Source of the DNA: Bdellovibrionales bacterium
GTDB taxonomy: Bacteria > Bdellovibrionota > UBA1018 > JADZFF01
Length of the DNA stretch: 64,000 nucleotides
Direction: 5' to 3'
Assembly (NCBI GenBank): GCA_020850015.1
Contig: JADZFF010000102.1
Span: 128-64,127, forward strand
The notes beneath the pieces were generated by a model. That model did not search any database and had not been told where the DNA came from. It was given only the letters and a program-made list of their open reading frames with translations. Below, piece by piece: positions 1 through 7,919 of this stretch; position 1 is the first letter of the stretch; each line of letters begins with the position of its first letter. The position numbers were made by a program, and so were the translations under genes.

Positions 1-500
1 GCTGGCAGTACCCCGACTTCTGGGTCAACGGGCTGATCAAGGGCCGGCAGAAGAAGGTGAAGAAGGCGATGCCCTTCATCATCGATCTGCTCGCGCTCTC
101 CACGGAGGCGGGTCTCGATTTCGTGGGCGCCATGGCGAAGGTCGTGGAAAAGGCCGCCCCCAGCCCACTCGTGGAGGAGTTCGGGCAGGTTCTGAAGGAG
201 ATCAAGGTTGGGTCCTCGCGCCAGGCGGCCCTCAGGGAGATGGCGGCGCGCGTGGACATGCCGGAGATCGGCTCGTTCGTCGCGATCCTGATCTCAGCCG
301 AGCAGATGGGAGCCTCGATCGGAAAGATCCTGCGTCAGCAGTCAGAGATGATCCGAATCGAGCGGTTCGTCATGGCGGAGCGGGCGGGCGCCATCGCCGG
401 CCAGAAGCTGATCCTACCGATCGTTCTGATCGTTCTTCCCGCCGTGATGCTGATGATTTCCGCGCCGTTCGCCCTCCAGTTCCTGGGCGGGGGCGGGTGA
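1..500 (+). CDS. tadC: Flp pilus assembly platform protein, TadC-like (T2SS-F family), 5' end cut by window edge
   Basis: The frame is open from base 3. The last 147 aa show the GspF/TadC pattern (LALSTEAGLDF, ISAEQMGASIG, terminal TM helix LILPIVLIVLPAVMLMI). Confidence 0.75.
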   Translation, partial: WQYPDFWVNGLIKGRQKKVKKAMPFIIDLLALSTEAGLDFVGAMAKVVEKAAPSPLVEEFGQVLKEIKVGSSRQAALREMAARVDMPEIGSFVAILISAEQMGASIGKILRQQSEMIRIERFVMAERAGAIAGQKLILPIVLIVLPAVMLMISAPFALQFLGGGG

Positions 501-901
501 TAGGGGGGGCGAGAATGAGCCGTCAAAGAATCGTCGCCATCCGAATTCTCAGAACGGACCGGGTAATTGCCGACAAGTGTCAGGTAGCGGAGCGCTTTCT
601 TCCGCGCTTCCTGGGCTTGATGGGAAAAGGGGGGTTGGGACCGGGCGAGGCGATGCTTTTTCCGCGCTGCGGAAGCGTGCATATGTGGTTCATGAGGTTC
701 CCCATCGACGTGGTGTTCCTCAAGACGGAGTCCGGCGCGGACGGGGGTTCCACCCATCGCGTGGTTTCTGTCCGTGCGCACGCGCGGCCCTGGCGGCCGT
801 TGCCGCTCACCGAGCTTGGCGCGGATGACACGCTCGAGCTGCCCGCCGGTGCGGCGGACGGCGCGGGGCTCGCTCCCGGGGAGCTTCTATGTATAAAGTA
901 A
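497..901 (+). CDS. DUF192 (COG1430) family protein
   Basis: Contains FLGLMGK..L.PGEAMLFPRCGSVHMWFMRFPIDVVFL and a C-terminal LELPAG....GL.PGE, the DUF192 pattern. The GTG at 497 overlaps the tadC stop (GTGA); an alternative ATG lies at 515. Confidence 0.7.
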   Translation: MIGGARMSRQRIVAIRILRTDRVIADKCQVAERFLPRFLGLMGKGGLGPGEAMLFPRCGSVHMWFMRFPIDVVFLKTESGADGGSTHRVVSVRAHARPWRPLPLTELGADDTLELPAGAADGAGLAPGELLCIK

Positions 902-2526
902 CCGTCATCTCCGGGCCGAACCGAGGCACGAGCTACGTCTTGAACGAGGGCGAGACCACCGTGGGCCGTCAGGCCGGCAACGTGATCGTGCTGCCCTCGG
1001 GGAAAGTCTCCAAACGCCACTGCGCCTTCGTGATGACGAACGGCCAGCTCAGCGTGGCCGACAAGGGATCCTCCAACGGAACCTTCGTGAACGGCGTGCT
1101 CAGCAAGGCGCGTCCGATCCGCGAGGGCGATCGCGTGAGCGTCGGGGACATCGTATTCGAGGTTGGACGCCCGGCCGCGAAACGATCGGTGCCCGCCGCC
1201 GCGCCGGCGCTCGGTGGGTTCGGCTTTCCCCAGCAGAGGGGGGGCGCCGGGCTCACGGGCTTGGGTTCCCTGGGCGCCTCTTCGGCGCCCGTGGTGGATC
1301 AGGACGTTTCTGGAAGCAGCTCAGTAGAGGCGCCCGTTCCCACGGACCTGAAAGGTCGCCTGGTCTGGATCTTCGAGCGCTCCGTCATGCCGCTCTTTTA
1401 CGGCGCCAACCTGAAAAACGAATGGAAGACCATCATCGTAGGGATGTTCTCGGTCTTCGTCGTGCTTTCGATGGGGATCTCCATGTATCCGCTGCTGATG
1501 GCGAACCAGCAGACCGTAATCAACGAGACGGGCGGCCGGGCGCGCTTCATGGCCCGCCAGATCATCGAGAAGAACGCCGGCGCCATCGCCGCCCAGGCGG
1601 AATCCAAGGCTGAGATCGGGGGGATCGCGCGGGAGGACGGGGTGATCCTCGCGGTCCTGACGGATCTCGACAACCGGATCATCGCGCCCGCTTCGAACGC
1701 CAATAGCCATCTGAGCGCCGGAAACATCGGCCTAGTTGCGCGGAAGGCGGCCAAGAAGTTCCAGGAGGGTACCGAGACGGGGTTCATCCTCAAGGCCGAT
1801 GAGAGCACCATCGTCGCAGTCGAGCCGCTGAAGATCCTCCACCCCAGGGCGGGCAGGAACGTCACCGTGGCGATGGCGGTTGTGGCCATCGATCTCACGC
1901 TCTCGACTCCGAGCATCAGCACGATAGCGGTGACTTACTCGCACAGCTTCGTCATCACGTCCATTCTCGGGGCGCTGCTCCTGATCGTGCTCTATCGGCT
2001 CACCCTCAAGCGTTTCGAGGTGCTGAACGAGGACATCGACAAGGTGCTGAAGGGCGAGATGTCGTCCGTCACCAACGAGTTCAAGGCGGAGGAGTTCAAT
2101 CAGCTCTGGGACGTCATCAACTCGGCCATGCAGCGGCTTCCGAAGGATGGTGGCGACGGCGCCCAGAGCGGGCCTTCGTCTGACCCCACGGAGGAGTTCC
2201 TCGGTCCGGCGAAGATGATGGGGGAGGTATCGCCCTTCGGCGTCCTGGTCTGCGACGTCGACAAGAAGATCCTCTACACCAACAGGATCTTCGAGGAAGT
2301 GGCCGGGATTCGCGCTTCGGACGTGGCGGGGCAGGAGATCTCCGCGGCCGCGCGCGACCAGGCCTTCGCCATGTTGGTCACCGATCTCTTCTCGCAGGCG
2401 AAGGGAGGCGTCCTCGCCTCGGAGGATTTCGAGTTTTCTGGTGTTCCGTTCCGCGTACAGGCTTCCGCGTTTGGAGGCTCCAACGCCAAGGGCTACCTGT
2501 TGGTAGCGGTCAAGGCGGAGGGGTGA
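889..2526 (+). CDS. FHA-domain membrane sensor-like protein (FHA, TM, extracytoplasmic loop, TM, HAMP-like, PAS-like; no catalytic output)
   Basis: N-terminal FHA pattern (TTVGRQAGNVIVLPSGKVSKRHC...ADKGSSNGTFVNG). Two hydrophobic helices flank a ~130 aa loop, followed by an amphipathic linker and a C-terminal PAS-like segment. Its start overlaps the DUF192 stop. Confidence 0.8.
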   Translation: MYKVTVISGPNRGTSYVLNEGETTVGRQAGNVIVLPSGKVSKRHCAFVMTNGQLSVADKGSSNGTFVNGVLSKARPIREGDRVSVGDIVFEVGRPAAKRSVPAAAPALGGFGFPQQRGGAGLTGLGSLGASSAPVVDQDVSGSSSVEAPVPTDLKGRLVWIFERSVMPLFYGANLKNEWKTIIVGMFSVFVVLSMGISMYPLLMANQQTVINETGGRARFMARQIIEKNAGAIAAQAESKAEIGGIAREDGVILAVLTDLDNRIIAPASNANSHLSAGNIGLVARKAAKKFQEGTETGFILKADESTIVAVEPLKILHPRAGRNVTVAMAVVAIDLTLSTPSISTIAVTYSHSFVITSILGALLLIVLYRLTLKRFEVLNEDIDKVLKGEMSSVTNEFKAEEFNQLWDVINSAMQRLPKDGGDGAQSGPSSDPTEEFLGPAKMMGEVSPFGVLVCDVDKKILYTNRIFEEVAGIRASDVAGQEISAAARDQAFAMLVTDLFSQAKGGVLASEDFEFSGVPFRVQASAFGGSNAKGYLLVAVKAEG

Positions 2527-2598
2527 GCGACGGCATGAGGTGAGATGGGATCAGCGGTCCGATACAAACACACGGACGTCCCCCGCCAACCCGGGGAG

Positions 2599-3585
2599 AT
2601 GGCCAGGTTCAAGGTCGTGCAAGGGCCCGATCAGGGAGCGGTGTACGTATTGACGGGACCGAAGGCGACGGTAGGCCGGGGCGAATCGAACGATCTGGTG
2701 GTTTCGGACCTGAAGGCCTCACGGCTTCACGCCGAGATCTCCCAGGTTGGGCCGGACTGGGTGGTGAAGGACCTCGGGAGCGTCAATGGGATCCTTTACA
2801 ATGGGAAGGCCTCGAAATCCGCCACGCTTCGCATGGGCGACACGTTCACGTTGGGAGAGACCACGCTTGAGTTCATGAGCGCCGAGGCGGGCACGATGAT
2901 GCTGCGGGCGCCGGCGAAGAGCGTGGTCCAGGTGCGGGAGAATCTGCAGGCGGTGGAAGGGCAGAAGGAGCGCGTCCGCAAGATGACCACCTTCGGCGGG
3001 CTCAAGGAGTTCGCCGCAGGGCTGGGCGGCGGAGATACCGGCGCCATGGGCCAGGAGCAGAAGAAGAAGCTCATGATTCGCGTCGTCGCCGGGCTGGTCA
3101 TCGCCTGGTTCCTGATGGACGAGATGTTCCCCTCCGCCCCGCAGAAGCCGGAGGGGCGAAAACCCGCCGCCATCTCGGCGAACAAGGAAGCCGAGGACCT
3201 CGGAAAATACCTGCCGAAACCCGACAGCCCCGAAATCAACCGGGCCGCTGACATGTTCTTCAAACAGGGGTTCCGGGAGTTCCGCGAGAAGAACTACCTC
3301 CGCGCCAAAGCGAATTTCGAGAACGTGCTGCGGGTCGACCCGGGGCATCGGCTCGCGCGGCTCTACCTGCAGAACTCCACCATGGCGATTGCGGAAGACA
3401 CGAAGAGCCTTCTGGAGCAGGGAAAACGCTCGATGACCTCCGGGAAATATCGGGACGCAAAGGGGGCCTTCGAGAGCGTGCTTCGCCTCTTGTATTACGA
3501 CCAAAGCAACCCGGCCTATGAAGAGGCCAAGGAGCAGCTGCAGAAGGTGAAGGATAAGATGGCTGGCGCGGAGGCGACGAGTTGA
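2599..3585 (+). CDS. FHA-domain protein with TM helix and C-terminal TPR repeats
   Basis: FHA pattern ATVGRGESNDLVVSDLKASRLHAEI...KDLGSVNGILYNG, a TM helix (LMIRVVAGLVIAWFLM), and TPR-like YLRAKANFENVLRVDPGH. The ATG at 2599 has a GGGGAG RBS, although the ORF opens at 2545. Confidence 0.8.
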   Translation: MARFKVVQGPDQGAVYVLTGPKATVGRGESNDLVVSDLKASRLHAEISQVGPDWVVKDLGSVNGILYNGKASKSATLRMGDTFTLGETTLEFMSAEAGTMMLRAPAKSVVQVRENLQAVEGQKERVRKMTTFGGLKEFAAGLGGGDTGAMGQEQKKKLMIRVVAGLVIAWFLMDEMFPSAPQKPEGRKPAAISANKEAEDLGKYLPKPDSPEINRAADMFFKQGFREFREKNYLRAKANFENVLRVDPGHRLARLYLQNSTMAIAEDTKSLLEQGKRSMTSGKYRDAKGAFESVLRLLYYDQSNPAYEEAKEQLQKVKDKMAGAEATS

Positions 3586-3586
3586 T

Positions 3587-5959
3587 ATGTCGGCCGCGCT
3601 GAAGCTCAAGATCTTCAAGGACGGCGCTCAGGTGAGGGAGGACCTCATCTCGGACAAGCTTGACGTCGGGCGGGGCGACGACTGCGTGATCCAGCTCGAC
3701 GACCGCGCAATCTCCCGGCGCCATGTCTCGATCCGGCCCGTGGATGGTGGCCTCGAGGTGGAGAAGCGCAGCGAGTTCGCGCCTCTTTCCGTGAACGGCG
3801 CCGAGTGCACGCGGGCCCTGGTGAAGGGCGGGGACGTGATCCAGATCGGCCCCTATCTGGCCCGCGTCGAGGAGCAGGCCACACAGCCCTCGCCGGCCGC
3901 GAAGCCGGCTCAGCGCGCGGCCGCGCCCCCGGCGGCTGACCCTCCCACCGCGATTCTGCCTTTGGAGAGTCCGGAGATGGCGCCCGTCGCCGAGCTCGTC
4001 GTCGAGCCCGAGCCTCAGACGGGGCAGGAAGGTGAGCTGCCTGAGCTGGCGCCCTTGGACCTTCCGGCGGCCGAGATCGCGCAGGAACAGGCGAGCGCCC
4101 TCGAGGAGGTGCCGGCGATGGAGGGCGATGGAGCCCTTGACGGCCTCGCCGCGCCCATCGAGGCCTCCTCCGGCGATGGGGACGAGTTCGCGGCCGCGCC
4201 GGCGATGGAGGATCCCGCCGGGGTGGCGGACCCCTATCCCGACGAGGACGGGGCTACGCGGCTGACTCCGATGGGCAACGTGCGCGTGATGCTGACGCTC
4301 GATCCTGGAAAAGCCAACGTCACGGAGTTCGAGATCAAGGGCAACGAGGTGATCCTGGGCCGCAGCAAAAATTGCGAGATCGTTCTCGAGGACAAAAAGG
4401 CATCGAGGAAGCACACGCTCGTGCGCAAGGCCGGATTGAATTTCGTGGTGAAAGACCTCGATTCGGCGAATGGGACATATCTGAATGGAGTGAAGATCCA
4501 GGAGCAGGAGCTCTCCGGGGACGACGTGATCCGCATCGGGGATACCGACATCCGATTCGTGGCTCTGAGCACCGAATACGAGGCGAACCAGGCCCAGTAC
4601 GAAAGCGTGCCGGAGGAGCAGGAATCGCCAGTGGGCGATGCGATGGGCGAGCAGCCGCTGGATCCCGGCCAGGGAGCGCTGATGGAGCAGCCAGGGGGAG
4701 ACATGCAGATGCTGGCCCCTGGTGGCCTCTCCATGGATCCCGGAGCGGGGGTCATCCAGGGCGCCCCCATCCTCGGAGCGCCGGCCATCGGCGAGGAACC
4801 GAAGAGCCTCATCGCGAAATTTCGCGCCATGGATCCGAAGAAGCGCCGCAAGCTGGTGATCTACATCGCCATCGGGGTGCTTCTGATCGACGAGGTCTTC
4901 CCTGATCCGGAACCTCCGAAGCCGAAGGCGGCCGCGGTCCAGAAGAAGAAAGCGGATCCCGGAGCGAAGACGGGAAAAAGAACCTTCGACGAGCTCTCCG
5001 ACGAGCAGAAGCGCTTCGTGGAGGCTCAGCACGCGCTTTCGTTCGAGAAATACAGGGGACAGGATTTCGATCAGGCGCTCTACGAGATCCAGAAGATCTT
5101 CGATCTGGTGGATGAGTACAAAAACTCCCGGGAGATCGAACGTTACGCCAAGGAGGGGAAGCGGAAGGCGGAGGTGATGAAGGAGGAGACGCGCAAGCGC
5201 GAGGAGGAGCAGCGTCTCAAGGACAAGATCGCGGAGCTGATCGACGAGGCCGGAAAGCTCATGGCGCAGAAGGCCTTCGACCAGGCCGAGCCGGTGTTCG
5301 GCCAGGTCCTGGCGCTGGATCCAGAGAACCAGGTTGTCCTGGCGTGGCAGCGCGAGATTCAGAAACACCGCGAGGAGCTAGCGGAGAAGGAGCGCGACCT
5401 CGAGATTCAGGCCCAAATCAACCAGAACGCCAAGGATCTGCTCGCCGAGGGGATCGCGCTGAAGGAGAAGGGCAAGATCTGGGAGGCCATCGAGAAGCTC
5501 GGCAAGGTCAAGGAGATCAACGCGAGCGACAGATCGATCGCGGCCGACGCTGAGACGAAGATCGAGGAGATCCGGTCCGAGATCAAAGCCAAGCTGGATC
5601 CGCTGATCGCCCAGGCGAAGGACAAAGAGGCCGCTTCCGAGCTCGGGGAGGCTTACCGACTCTTCGATGAAGCCACCAAGATCGACCCCCGCGATAAGCA
5701 GGGATTCGAGGGGATGGATCGAATCCGGGCCGTGCTCAACGACCAAGCCAAGGCGAAGTACGTGGAGGCCGTGGTGGCGGAGAGTTACAGCGACTTCGCG
5801 GTTTCCAAGAGGATCTTCGAGGAGATCGTCAAATCGGCCCCGCCGGGAACTCTTTATCATGAGCGCGCCAAGGCGAAGCTGAGACGCTACATCGTGCTGC
5901 CTCCCGAGGAGGATGGCGGCGGTTCCGGGGGCGGACCGCCCGCGGGGGGAGGAAACTGA
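3587..5959 (+). CDS. Dual-FHA membrane protein with acidic Pro-rich linker and long TPR/coiled-coil C-terminal region
   Basis: Two FHA patterns (LDVGRGDDCVIQLDDRAISRRHV... and VILGRSKNCEIVLEDKKASRKHT...KDLDSANGTYLNG) and a TM helix (LVIYIAIGVLLI), then about 330 aa of TPR-like/coiled-coil sequence. Confidence 0.8.
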   Translation: MSAALKLKIFKDGAQVREDLISDKLDVGRGDDCVIQLDDRAISRRHVSIRPVDGGLEVEKRSEFAPLSVNGAECTRALVKGGDVIQIGPYLARVEEQATQPSPAAKPAQRAAAPPAADPPTAILPLESPEMAPVAELVVEPEPQTGQEGELPELAPLDLPAAEIAQEQASALEEVPAMEGDGALDGLAAPIEASSGDGDEFAAAPAMEDPAGVADPYPDEDGATRLTPMGNVRVMLTLDPGKANVTEFEIKGNEVILGRSKNCEIVLEDKKASRKHTLVRKAGLNFVVKDLDSANGTYLNGVKIQEQELSGDDVIRIGDTDIRFVALSTEYEANQAQYESVPEEQESPVGDAMGEQPLDPGQGALMEQPGGDMQMLAPGGLSMDPGAGVIQGAPILGAPAIGEEPKSLIAKFRAMDPKKRRKLVIYIAIGVLLIDEVFPDPEPPKPKAAAVQKKKADPGAKTGKRTFDELSDEQKRFVEAQHALSFEKYRGQDFDQALYEIQKIFDLVDEYKNSREIERYAKEGKRKAEVMKEETRKREEEQRLKDKIAELIDEAGKLMAQKAFDQAEPVFGQVLALDPENQVVLAWQREIQKHREELAEKERDLEIQAQINQNAKDLLAEGIALKEKGKIWEAIEKLGKVKEINASDRSIAADAETKIEEIRSEIKAKLDPLIAQAKDKEAASELGEAYRLFDEATKIDPRDKQGFEGMDRIRAVLNDQAKAKYVEAVVAESYSDFAVSKRIFEEIVKSAPPGTLYHERAKAKLRRYIVLPPEEDGGGSGGGPPAGGGN

Positions 5960-6714
5960 TGCGCGGAAATCCGATGAAGGCGGTGACGGTGTTCACGAGC
6001 GCGGGCCAGTGCCCGTTCATCGAGGAGCACGCCGAGGTGAACCGCGACCGCGGGATCTTGGTGTTGGCGGATGGTTTCGGCGGTCCGGTGGCGGGCGCAG
6101 ACGCCGCCCGCTCGGCCTGCACGAGCGTACGCCAGTTTCTTGAGAAGGAGGCAGGCGACGAGGAGGCGACTCTGCCCTTTGTCCTCCGCGGATACTACTC
6201 GCTTGCCGGCAACGTGCTATTCAACGCGTTAGTACATGCGAACCGATCAGTTCGAAAGCTGAACGTTTCCCGCAACGTTCATGAGAAGGGAGGCGCCTCG
6301 GTTGCAGCGGGTTACCTGGATGGGAATCTGCTGGCGCTGGCCTCGGTGGGGGCCTGCCAGGCCTGGCTGTTTCGGGGCGGTAGGTCCGGGCGCCTGCTGA
6401 CTCCCAGGGACTACTCCTGGTTGCGTGATCCCCTGACCGAAGACCCGGAGCCCCAGTATCGCGCGCCCCTGGCCGCGCTGGGCATGCATGAGGACCTCGA
6501 GCCTGAGATCGTGGAATGCCAGGTGAGGCCGGGCGACTGGCTGCTGATCCACAGCGGGGGACTGGGTGGCGCCGCCCGGGGAAAACTACTGGAGCTCCAC
6601 CAGGACGCGGCGGACGAGCCCGGAGTTGCGGAAAGGGCCAGACGTGTCTTGGAAGACACCCAAAATCGGGGCGAATTTCAGTCTAACTGTTCGGCATTGC
6701 TTGCCTTATTTTAA
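5959..6714 (+). CDS. PP2C-like Ser/Thr phosphatase fold, possibly catalytically degenerate
   Basis: ILVLADGFGGPVAGADAA matches PP2C motif ADGMGG. The expected GDSR, SDGL and DNxT positions read GACQ, SGGL and SNCS. Its ATG overlaps the previous stop by 1 nt. Confidence 0.65.
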   Translation: MRGNPMKAVTVFTSAGQCPFIEEHAEVNRDRGILVLADGFGGPVAGADAARSACTSVRQFLEKEAGDEEATLPFVLRGYYSLAGNVLFNALVHANRSVRKLNVSRNVHEKGGASVAAGYLDGNLLALASVGACQAWLFRGGRSGRLLTPRDYSWLRDPLTEDPEPQYRAPLAALGMHEDLEPEIVECQVRPGDWLLIHSGGLGGAARGKLLELHQDAADEPGVAERARRVLEDTQNRGEFQSNCSALLALF

Positions 6715-6718
6715 TCCC

Positions 6719-6745
6719 TAAAACTTGACAGCAATACTCCGATAA
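6719..6745 (+). promoter_or_regulatory. Sigma-28 (FliA)-type promoter candidate upstream of flp1
   Basis: TAAAactt-N11-TCCGATAA compared with the consensus TAAAGTTT-N11-GCCGATAA, with exact spacing. It sits in the only AT-rich stretch before the pilin gene. A TTGACA at 6725-6730 overlaps it. Confidence 0.5.
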
Positions 6746-6829
6746 ATCATCATTGTAGGTAGGGTCCGGGCCCTCTTTGAGGCCTGGTCGGGCTCCCCGT
6801 CTGGGGCGGGGGATAAGGAGTAAGGGCTT

Positions 6830-7021
6830 ATGAAGTCATTGAAGAGCAAGCTTTTGAGCTTCCTGAGGGAAGAAGAAGGCCAGTCCACGACGGAATACAT
6901 TCTCATCTTGGCCGTCGTGATGGTGATCGCCATGAAGTTCAAGAGCGGCATCTCGGACCAGCTCGGGCGAGCCACCGAGAAGATCGGCGAGAAGATCGGG
7001 AACACGGTCGACGACATCTGA
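6830..7021 (+). CDS. flp: Flp/Fap family type IVb prepilin
   Basis: 63 aa with a basic leader, then the G/QSTTEY processing motif and a hydrophobic helix ILILAVVMVIAM. A GGAG RBS lies upstream. Confidence 0.85.
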   Translation: MKSLKSKLLSFLREEEGQSTTEYILILAVVMVIAMKFKSGISDQLGRATEKIGEKIGNTVDDI

Positions 7022-7039
7022 TCGCGGCCGGCGCGGGCA

Positions 7040-7058
7040 CCGGGCAATCTTTGCCCGG
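7040..7058 (+). terminator. Stem-loop just after flp1 (attenuator/terminator-like, no U tract)
   Basis: CCGGGCAA-tct-TTGCCCGG, 19 nt after the flp1 stop codon. Confidence 0.4.
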
Positions 7059-7088
7059 TCCCCCATCGCCTGACGGAGGCGCCGCTCA

Positions 7089-7098
7089 GGGGGGGGGG
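7089..7098. repeat. G10 homopolymer tract in the flp2 promoter region
   Basis: Ten consecutive G, counted directly. It ends 13 nt upstream of a TAGAAT hexamer (7112-7117), which lies 22 nt before the flp2 ATG. Confidence 0.9.
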
Positions 7099-7138
7099 CG
7101 CGCCTACGTGTTAGAATTCCTTTGTGGGGGTATCAGAA

Positions 7139-7390
7139 ATGTTCACGCTCGCACGTGCGCCCACGGCGCCGCGGGCCCATTCCCGTCGCTCGGGACTTGT
7201 CCGTGACGAAAGCGGCCAGTCGACGGTCGAGTACATTCTTCTTCTCGCCTTCGCCATGCTCATCGCGGTTGGGATGTTTTCCGCCCTCAACGAGGGGTTG
7301 AACGAGGGGGTGCTCGCTTTCGGCGCGGCGCTCGAACGCGATCTGCAGACGGGAGGCATGCCTGCTGGCGCATGGGCCGAGGCTCTCTGA
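7139..7390 (+). CDS. Flp-type prepilin paralog with long leader
   Basis: G/QSTVEY motif followed by ILLLAFAMLIAVGMF. The ATG is at 7139, with an alternative GTG at 7124. Confidence 0.7.
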   Translation: MFTLARAPTAPRAHSRRSGLVRDESGQSTVEYILLLAFAMLIAVGMFSALNEGLNEGVLAFGAALERDLQTGGMPAGAWAEAL

Positions 7391-7403
7391 GCTCGCACTC
7401 CTG

Positions 7404-7919
7404 GTGGTGAGCGCCGCCGCCCTCTTGGCGGCCGCTACGGATCTTTTCCGGGGGAAGATCTACAACTGGCTCACCTTTCCGGTGGCCGTGGCAGGGCTTG
7501 TCCATGGCGCCTGGGGCGGAGGCCTCGCGGGGCTGGGATCCGCCGCCGCGGGCCTGGGATTGGGGCTTCTGCTGCTCGGGTGGATGTACCCCATGGGATT
7601 CATGGGGGCCGGCGACGTGAAGCTCCTGGCGGCGCTCGGCGCCTGGATGGGGCCCGCCCTCACCGTGGAAACCGCGCTGGTCTCGATCGCGCTCGGAGGG
7701 GTGTTGGCGCTCCTGCTGCTCGCGGTCAGGGGGAAGATTCGCGCGTTCCTGTCCAGGGCCTATCTCTTCCTGGCGGGAATCTTCGTCAAACAGCTCGTCG
7801 CTGCGCCGATGACGATCGACAGGTCGCAGCGAATGGCCTTCGGCCTGCCTTTGGCAGCGGCGGCGATTCTCTGCGCCTGGGACGACCCGTTCGGGAGGCT
7901 CGGATGGCGGCTCTGGTGA
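7404..7919 (+). CDS. cpaA: Prepilin peptidase CpaA/TadV (A24 aspartic peptidase)
   Basis: Polytopic membrane protein carrying both catalytic Asp contexts (AATDLFRGKIYN and GAGDVKLLAALG). Confidence 0.85.
   Translation: MVSAAALLAAATDLFRGKIYNWLTFPVAVAGLVHGAWGGGLAGLGSAAAGLGLGLLLLGWMYPMGFMGAGDVKLLAALGAWMGPALTVETALVSIALGGVLALLLLAVRGKIRAFLSRAYLFLAGIFVKQLVAAPMTIDRSQRMAFGLPLAAAAILCAWDDPFGRLGWRLW

Noticed and set aside
3260-5368. 702-aa ORF on the minus strand, antisense to the dual-FHA gene.
   Set aside because: The translation is Arg/Leu/His/Gly-rich low complexity with no motifs, which is typical of antisense frames in high-GC DNA. The plus-strand frame carries two clear FHA domains.
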